64,000 nt of DNA from assembly GCA_021788365.1 (NCBI GenBank), contig JAJYKS010000003.1:73810-137809 (forward strand). The letters are read 5' to 3'. The translations under genes were made by a program, and so were the position numbers. Positions 57,602-64,000 of the stretch are shown here, piece by piece; the stretch's first letter is position 1, and the number at the start of each line of letters is the position of its first letter. Source of the stretch: a bacterium (lineage in GTDB: Bacteria; Patescibacteriota; Microgenomatia; UBA1400; UBA12108). The notes beneath the pieces were generated by a model that had not been told where the DNA came from, ran no database searches, and worked only from the letters and a program-made list of their open reading frames with translations.

Positions 57602-57979
57602 ATGCGTAGAGCGGCAAGTGTAGAGCAGTATATTGCTGAGTCGTCGGGAGAAGTGCGAGGGAGGCTCAGAGAGCTGCGCGCTCTTATACTGAAAACGGCT
57701 CCTGAGGCCGTGGAGTCGATTTCCTATGGTATGCCGTTTTATGCGTACCACGGGCGACTCGTGTACTTTGCCGCGCAGCACGGATATATTGGCCTCTATG
57801 TTCCACCTCCCATTATCGCCAATCACGCAAAAGAACTAGCAGGCTATACGACGACCAAGTCGGCAATCCATTTTCCTAAAGACGAAAAACTACCAACGAC
57901 TTTGATTACTCAACTTATCAAGGCGCGGATGCGACACAACGTGGCGGAAGAGCGATTGTGTGCAAAACATGTGAGGTAG
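57602..57979 (+). CDS. DUF1801 (YdhG-like) protein
   Basis: SVEQYI, APEAVESISYGMP pattern. Confidence 0.8.
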   Translation: MRRAASVEQYIAESSGEVRGRLRELRALILKTAPEAVESISYGMPFYAYHGRLVYFAAQHGYIGLYVPPPIIANHAKELAGYTTTKSAIHFPKDEKLPTTLITQLIKARMRHNVAEERLCAKHVR

Positions 57980-58008
57980 CTGCATGCGAGGCGTAAAATA
58001 ATCTGGCT

Positions 58009-59250
58009 ATGAACGAATTGACGCGGAGAGATTTTCTGAAGTTTGGTACGTTAATCGCTGGAAGTTTTTTGCTTGACGCGTGTGTTCCCAATATGCAGCC
58101 CTCTGAGGGGCAGCGGGAAGTGACGAAGAGCTACGAGGTGCATGATACGCGACTTGGGGCGGAGAATGTGCAATTTGCTCGTGATGGGAGGATGTTTGTG
58201 CGGGAGGCTGATAACCAATATCGTGCCTTTTTTACTCGTATGGTTCATGGAAGCGTAGGTACAGATCAGAACAACCCCGTAGGCTGGGAAAATGCAAAGG
58301 CCATGGGTGCGAATACGGTAACAATGTGTTTTGTAGACCGAGATGTGGTTATGCAGGGTATTAGAGATGCTGGTCTTAAAGTTGTCGTTCAATTTGAGTA
58401 CCTTTTCCCCAATATGCAGTACGACAAACAAACACTCGTCAATTTTATGGAGAAGTATGGCGATATGGTCGTTGGTTTTAGCTTGGATGAGCCTTTAACT
58501 GATCGGCCTCAGCCTGGTTGGGATCCGGCGAATGTAAAATCTCTGATTTCGCAGTTTACGACTGACTGCGCACTTCCAATCAATATTTTTACTATAGGCG
58601 TGACTGGATCTGACTCGCATGCACGAGCACAACGCCGTTATCTATTAGACATCATCGCTCTTGCAGAACGGAATGATAGCAAGTGTGTGTTGCTGCCAGA
58701 CAACTATGTGGACGTGTCAGAAAAGACGCGTGTCACTGACGATGTTCTAAATATCGGCATCCCTGGAGTGACCGACCCGTTAGAGGGGATCATAATTCCG
58801 GCTTTTTCTGACAAGCCGGATATACCTGGCGACCAAATACAGATTCTCCGCCAAACATTTGCCTATGCACTAGCGAACGATCACATCTTTTCTCTTGATT
58901 TCTATGATACGCCTTGGGATGTGAGTGAATATAATTTCACGGGAGCACGGGTGAATGGGGTTACAAACGCGTATGGGAGTACGCGTGAGGTACTAACGGG
59001 CTTACTTACGGCTATTGCTAAATACGAGGATATAAACATGGCACCGATGGATATATCCCAGGGAGGGCTTAAAGGCTGCAGGCGGGGAGATATCATTTCA
59101 TTGTTTAATGAATCTGATCAGAGTCGGCGGGGCAGCGTACAGCTGGATTCTGCTAAGACGTATACGGACTTATTAACGGGTACGACTTATCATGATGTGG
59201 CCGAGTTCGAGCTGACTCCATATACTGGTGTGGTGCTGTTACCGGGCTGA
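58009..59250 (+). CDS. Twin-arginine-signal lipoprotein, glycoside-hydrolase-like TIM barrel
   Basis: TRRDFLK and LDAC lipobox-like; MGANTV, FSLDEP. Confidence 0.6.
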   Translation: MNELTRRDFLKFGTLIAGSFLLDACVPNMQPSEGQREVTKSYEVHDTRLGAENVQFARDGRMFVREADNQYRAFFTRMVHGSVGTDQNNPVGWENAKAMGANTVTMCFVDRDVVMQGIRDAGLKVVVQFEYLFPNMQYDKQTLVNFMEKYGDMVVGFSLDEPLTDRPQPGWDPANVKSLISQFTTDCALPINIFTIGVTGSDSHARAQRRYLLDIIALAERNDSKCVLLPDNYVDVSEKTRVTDDVLNIGIPGVTDPLEGIIIPAFSDKPDIPGDQIQILRQTFAYALANDHIFSLDFYDTPWDVSEYNFTGARVNGVTNAYGSTREVLTGLLTAIAKYEDINMAPMDISQGGLKGCRRGDIISLFNESDQSRRGSVQLDSAKTYTDLLTGTTYHDVAEFELTPYTGVVLLPG

Positions 59251-59259
59251 TGTAAAGCC

Positions 59260-59427
59260 TTAACCGTTCACGAATTTCCAGACGATGATAATGCCAATAA
59301 TGCCACCTACTGCGTTGCCGGTAACTGATGCATATGAAAGCCAACTGGCGCCCCACATGGTGGGTACCCAGCCACCGAGGTAGCCGCCGACAAATGCGGC
59401 AAGGTAGTACCAAAATTTATCGCTCAC
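59260..59427 (-). CDS. Small Gly-rich membrane protein
   Basis: VGGYLGG..P and GGIIG helices; GTG start. Confidence 0.55.
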   Translation of the reverse strand: MSDKFWYYLAAFVGGYLGGWVPTMWGASWLSYASVTGNAVGGIIGIIIVWKFVNG

Positions 59428-59443
59428 ACACCAATGGTACACC

Positions 59444-60220
59444 TCACGCTAGTTTGTTGGCGACGTGATCCCAGAGGAAGTTAAAAATCTGTTTGTAGGA
59501 GTTTATGAGGAGTTCATCGCGAATTTCGATACCATATTGGTCGCTGTCCGTTTTTAGGCTGCAGACAGTGAGAACATCGTTGTAAATCAAGGTTAAGCGG
59601 TCAAATTTAATCTTTTCTTCGTCCAAAGTTTTGGCTTCAACATTTTCCTCAAGGAAACCCGGGACATCTGACCATTTTAGAGGTTTGGGACGGTTGAAGA
59701 TAATTTTATTATGCATCCCACGACGCATAAACTCGGCTCGCCATTTCTCGGCGAAGCTGCGATCGGTGACGTGCTCTAGCTGTCCGGGACTGAAGCCGAT
59801 GACGAGAGGGGAACGGGAAAGAATAATGTTCCATAAAATTTGTTTTACCCCCTCTGACCCTTTGTACAAGTTAACTGTTTTGGGCGGCTCTTCGGTTATC
59901 TGTGAATTGCGAATTTTTTTGCTAAAATCGGGGAGATTTTTACGGAGATATTGGAGTTTTGCCGCCTCGTCTTCGAGGGTAAGCTCGAGAATTTTGGGGT
60001 CAGTGATTTTGTAAAGTGTGCTTTTACCAATTTTTTTAGAGATTACGAATCCTTTACCCATGAGGCGTTCGAGTTCGAGATAGATGGAGCTACGAGGCTC
60101 ATGAATGTGTTTGCTAATCTCTACCACCGTTGAGTCAGGGTGGGCGGCGAGATTCAAGTAAATTTCTCGTTGCTTTTCCGAGAGACCAAATTTTTCCAGA
60201 TATTCTGCTTCTGTCACCAT
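59444..60220 (-). CDS. TrmB-family transcriptional regulator
   Basis: FGLSEKQREIY...PRSSIY..L..L..KGFV winged HTH. Confidence 0.85.
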   Translation of the reverse strand: MVTEAEYLEKFGLSEKQREIYLNLAAHPDSTVVEISKHIHEPRSSIYLELERLMGKGFVISKKIGKSTLYKITDPKILELTLEDEAAKLQYLRKNLPDFSKKIRNSQITEEPPKTVNLYKGSEGVKQILWNIILSRSPLVIGFSPGQLEHVTDRSFAEKWRAEFMRRGMHNKIIFNRPKPLKWSDVPGFLEENVEAKTLDEEKIKFDRLTLIYNDVLTVCSLKTDSDQYGIEIRDELLINSYKQIFNFLWDHVANKLA

Positions 60221-60295
60221 CTGTCAACAATTATGACATCACGTTGTAAGATGTCAAATACGATATATAGTAGGCGCTATCAGGGAGGCATTTTT

Positions 60296-61207
60296 ATGAA
60301 AAATAAAATAGTAGTTACGTGTCCGATGGGTCTTTCTCCGGAGCAAAAGGCTAGATTAGAGAAGCTGGGAGAAGTCACCTATTACGATACTCACCCTAGT
60401 GTCGAAGAATGGCTCGAACGTGCGAAAGGCCATGATATTGTTTGCTCGTGGATTGGTGGACTGCGAGAAAAATACGGCGAACTTCGAGATACATTCATTA
60501 GTGTGCCATTTGTGGGGGTGAGTAGCTTTGCCGACCCTGCGATTGTGAAGGCAAATAACCTAACAATTAGCAACAGCCCGGGGTGTAATCGACATGCCGT
60601 GTCTGAGTGGATAATCTACATGATGCTTTCGGCGACGAGGCATATAAGCGATTATGTTAATGTGCAAGATCCTGTGGCCGTCCCATTAGAAAACCCTTCT
60701 ATTGGGCTTGCGGGAAAGCACATAACAATCCTTGGGAAGGGTAGTGTGGGGTCAAGGGTGGGGGCGATCTGTGAGGCGTTGGAAATGAAAGTAGCATACT
60801 TTACCCGCGATGGTGATCTCCGAGCGAGCGTGAAGGATGCCGATATTGTGGTGGATGCCCTCAGCGCAAATCCGATCTCAAGGGGACTTTTGGGAAAAGA
60901 TTTTTTTGCAGCTATCAAGGACGGGGCAATATTTATCTCGGTGACAGTTGATTCAATTGTTGATATAGATGCAATGCTTGCTGCACTTGAAACGGGGAAG
61001 TTGTCCCGTGTTGCCCACGACGTCATGAATGCAAAGCTGGGAGATGCCCACGACCCTCTCTATGACAGGCTGCGACGTCATCCGAGAGTGCTTGCAACAC
61101 CACATATTGCTGCCTTTACCGACGTGACTACTACAATCGGCAACGACATGATGATAGACAACATCGAGGCGTGGCTCAAGGGTAAACCCATACATGTATT
61201 TGGTTAA
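60296..61207 (+). CDS. D-isomer-specific 2-hydroxyacid dehydrogenase family protein
   Basis: NSPGCN, AVSE, GKGSVG, DV, ATPHIA. Confidence 0.85.
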   Translation: MKNKIVVTCPMGLSPEQKARLEKLGEVTYYDTHPSVEEWLERAKGHDIVCSWIGGLREKYGELRDTFISVPFVGVSSFADPAIVKANNLTISNSPGCNRHAVSEWIIYMMLSATRHISDYVNVQDPVAVPLENPSIGLAGKHITILGKGSVGSRVGAICEALEMKVAYFTRDGDLRASVKDADIVVDALSANPISRGLLGKDFFAAIKDGAIFISVTVDSIVDIDAMLAALETGKLSRVAHDVMNAKLGDAHDPLYDRLRRHPRVLATPHIAAFTDVTTTIGNDMMIDNIEAWLKGKPIHVFG

Positions 61208-61236
61208 CATATACTACTTTGTGAGAAAATAACCTC

Positions 61237-61821
61237 ATGCAGCAGTATTCGTATGACCCCATCGCAACGGCGTATTTGGCGGAGCGGGAGCGGCTCAAAA
61301 GCGGCAAGTATGTGCAGAAACTATTAAAGCTCCTGCCAAAACACGCGACCATACTCGACGTAGGGTGCGGGGCAGGGGTGCCGGTGGACGACCTACTCCT
61401 AAAAGCGGGCCACACCGTTCTTGGCATAGACAACTCTTCTGAGCAGATACGACTGGCACGTGGACGCTGCCCCGGCGGGGAATACGCCGTGCGCGATATG
61501 CGCGAACTGCGGGTGGGCGAGTACAGAGATGACGCCGTTGTCAGCTTTTACGCGCTCTTCCACGTACCGCGGGGCGAACACGCCAGGATTTTGTCGGTTT
61601 GGCGAAGTTACCTGCCAAAGGGCGGATATCTTTTGGCGACGTTTGGGGATCGGGAGTGGGAAGGGGAACACGAGCTGTATGGGACCACCGTGTGGAGCTC
61701 GCAGTGGGGGCGCCCCAAAAACAGAGTGCTTGTCGAGCGGGCCGGATTTGAGGTGATTGTGGACGAGGTGGACCGCTCCGGCGGCGAAAGCCACCAAGTT
61801 ATTTTGGCGAAAGCACGCTAA
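61237..61821 (+). CDS. Class I SAM-dependent methyltransferase
   Basis: ILDVGCGAG, GIDNS, LPKGG. Confidence 0.88.
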   Translation: MQQYSYDPIATAYLAERERLKSGKYVQKLLKLLPKHATILDVGCGAGVPVDDLLLKAGHTVLGIDNSSEQIRLARGRCPGGEYAVRDMRELRVGEYRDDAVVSFYALFHVPRGEHARILSVWRSYLPKGGYLLATFGDREWEGEHELYGTTVWSSQWGRPKNRVLVERAGFEVIVDEVDRSGGESHQVILAKAR

Positions 61822-61838
61822 CGTGATAGGGTAGACCT

Positions 61839-64000
61839 ATGCCCACCGGACTATCCAACCAACAAGCCGAGGCGCTCCGCGCGAAGTATGGCTACAACGA
61901 AATTCCCGAAAAGAAAGTGAGCCTGCTCGCCAAAATTTTTAAGAATATCTTTTCTCCCATTGGTCTCATGCTTATCTTTGCCGCAGCGTTGTCGTTTTTC
62001 CTCGGTAAAGATTTTGATGGGAACTTTATCCTAGTACTCCTCATTCTCAATGTGGTAATCACTCTTTGGCAGGAGGGGAAGGCCGACCAGGCTATACAGA
62101 AGCTAAACGAACATTTGGAGCAGAAAATCCGCGTCATGCGGGACGGGACGTGGGATTACCTCCCGTCGCGGCTCCTAGTCCCCGGCGACCTCGTACAATT
62201 GGCGTCTGGCGAAGTGGTACCCGCGGACGGGAGAGTCGAGGAGTCGCAGCACGGCTCCCTCAACGAATCGGCGATAACCGGTGAGTCGCTCCCCAAAGAC
62301 AAGGAGGCGGGCGACAGCGTGTATTCCGGCTCGTTTGTTGCCTCCGGTATTATCACCGTTTCTATTACTCATACCGGGGCGGGGACGAGCTTTGGTAAAA
62401 CATTGTTCTCCGTCGAACGCGTGCGCAAGCGCAGCGAACTGGAGCGCGATATCGTCTCCATCTCCCGCTTCCTCACCATTTTGGCGCTTGTCGCTGTGCT
62501 CATCCTCACCGTGGTTTTTATATTGAAGCGTGCCCCGTTCCTCGAACTTCTGACCCTTGACCTTTCGCTCATTATCGCTGGTATTCCCGTATCGCTCCCG
62601 ACAGTCATGACTCTTATCATCGAATTCGGGGTGCTGGCGCTGGCGAAAAAAGAGGTTATCATCCGGCGACTCTCGGCCCTGGAAGACCTGGCAAACGTCA
62701 CTTATTTATTAACCGATAAAACCGGTACACTAACGAAAAACCATATTACCGTACAAGATCTTTACTCATATGGAACATTCAGCCACGACGATATTTTGAC
62801 GTATGCCGCGACCCTTGCGCAGTACGAGAGCGATAATCCTATAGACGGTGCAATCTCCGCGCGAGCGCGTGAAGGTAATATCCCACTCCAAACTATTATC
62901 AAAAAAGATTTCACCCCGGCCGATTCCGAGCGAAAGCGTAGTACGCTGGTTGCCACGCGCGAGGGGAAGCCGCTTACCATTACGGTGGGGGCGCCGCAGA
63001 TCGTGGCAACGCTTGCCACCATGCCGAAGGACGAGGCGGCCAAGTATGCGCTCGACGTGCAAACCTTGGCTTCGAGCGGGTATCGCACGCTCGCTGTCGC
63101 CTATGCAGAGGGGGAGCGGGAAGAACGTATGCGGGTGGTGGGGCTCATCGCGCTCTCCGACACGCTGCGTGACGACGCCCCCGAGACCTTGCAGTTTTTG
63201 GAGGAAAACGGCGTGGACGTCACGATGGTGACCGGAGACAACCGCGCCATTGCCGGACAGATCGCGAACAAACTGCACCTCAAAGACGGGAAGGTGATAA
63301 CGAAAGACGAGCTCGACCGGGTGGGTCTCCAGGCCTTAACCGCCCAGTTCTTTGCCGAGACGGGGGCGTTTGCGGAAGTACTCCCGGCGGACAAATTCCA
63401 TCTGGTGGAGGCCGCTAAGCGCTATTTTGTCGTGGCAGCCAACGGCGACGGGATCAACGATTTACCCGCTGTCAAATCGGCGACTGTCGGGATGGCGGTG
63501 TCAAACGCGGTCACCGCGCTCAAGGCAACAGCCGACATAGTGCTGTTATCACCCGGCATTGCCGTCATAAAAGACGCGATTATCGAGAGTAGAAAAATAT
63601 TTGAGCGGGTCTATACCTATAGCTTGTACCGCATCTCCGAGAGTTTGCGCCTCATCGTGACCATCGCGATCCTCGGTATCCTCTACGGCGTGTACCCCAT
63701 GACGGCGCTCCAGATTATCCTCATTGCGTTCCTCAACGATATCCCCATCATTAGTTTGGCGTTTGACCGAATTCGTGTCACCAAGCGGCCGGCAAAGATC
63801 AACGCTAAAGTTCGTTTTACCTTGAGTAGCTTGTACGGACTCACGGGTGTTGCCAACAGCCTTCTTTTGTTTTATATAATGAGCGTCTTATTCCATCTTT
63901 CGTGGCCTGTCATCCAGACTATGTATTTCCTCAAGATGACCGTGTCGGGGCACATGCTCATTTATGTGGCGCATACCAAAGAACGATGGTGGAAATTCCT
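61839..64000 (+). CDS. P-type ATPase, plasma-membrane H+-efflux (P3A-like); partial, runs off the window
   Basis: MPTGLS..YGYNEI, TGES, IPVSLP, DKTGTLT, TGDN, GDGIND, LNDIP; no stop before window end. Confidence 0.9.
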   Translation, partial: MPTGLSNQQAEALRAKYGYNEIPEKKVSLLAKIFKNIFSPIGLMLIFAAALSFFLGKDFDGNFILVLLILNVVITLWQEGKADQAIQKLNEHLEQKIRVMRDGTWDYLPSRLLVPGDLVQLASGEVVPADGRVEESQHGSLNESAITGESLPKDKEAGDSVYSGSFVASGIITVSITHTGAGTSFGKTLFSVERVRKRSELERDIVSISRFLTILALVAVLILTVVFILKRAPFLELLTLDLSLIIAGIPVSLPTVMTLIIEFGVLALAKKEVIIRRLSALEDLANVTYLLTDKTGTLTKNHITVQDLYSYGTFSHDDILTYAATLAQYESDNPIDGAISARAREGNIPLQTIIKKDFTPADSERKRSTLVATREGKPLTITVGAPQIVATLATMPKDEAAKYALDVQTLASSGYRTLAVAYAEGEREERMRVVGLIALSDTLRDDAPETLQFLEENGVDVTMVTGDNRAIAGQIANKLHLKDGKVITKDELDRVGLQALTAQFFAETGAFAEVLPADKFHLVEAAKRYFVVAANGDGINDLPAVKSATVGMAVSNAVTALKATADIVLLSPGIAVIKDAIIESRKIFERVYTYSLYRISESLRLIVTIAILGILYGVYPMTALQIILIAFLNDIPIISLAFDRIRVTKRPAKINAKVRFTLSSLYGLTGVANSLLLFYIMSVLFHLSWPVIQTMYFLKMTVSGHMLIYVAHTKERWWKF

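Overview
64 kb of bacterial chromosome whose gene content and style (split transketolase, two PBP1A, VirD4/HerA-like ATPase, RpoD with a basic N-terminal tail, many -10 boxes sitting just upstream of start codons) suggest a Patescibacteria/CPR genome, probably Microgenomates; this assignment is an inference. From left to right: a pentose-phosphate/fermentation cluster (rpe, LOG, tkt halves, pfkB, ldh), cmk, PBP1A-GH18-PBP1A, gmk and an M20 peptidase. Next is an NrdR-box locus with THREE intact, divergent class II (B12) ribonucleotide reductases interleaved with two Nudix genes, MazG and Maf, followed by a TIM-barrel protein and CobO. A tRNA-rich zone follows, with tRNA-Ile(UAU), tRNA-Arg(GCG) and two near-identical inverted tRNA-Ser genes carrying 58-bp tandem tails, then dnaG-rpoD. 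A ~9.2 kb large-serine-recombinase element is integrated in tRNA-Asn, with the integrase ORF ending inside the tRNA. It carries a structured ncRNA candidate and a Gabija defence system, and is followed by a 0.9 kb nucleotidyltransferase cassette bounded by a second copy of the att-like 25-mer. Accessory metabolic genes and a P-type ATPase running off the window end complete it. Several families of short palindromes and 7/8-bp periodic repeats are inserted in frame inside genes. All calls are from reading motifs by eye; no database searches were run.
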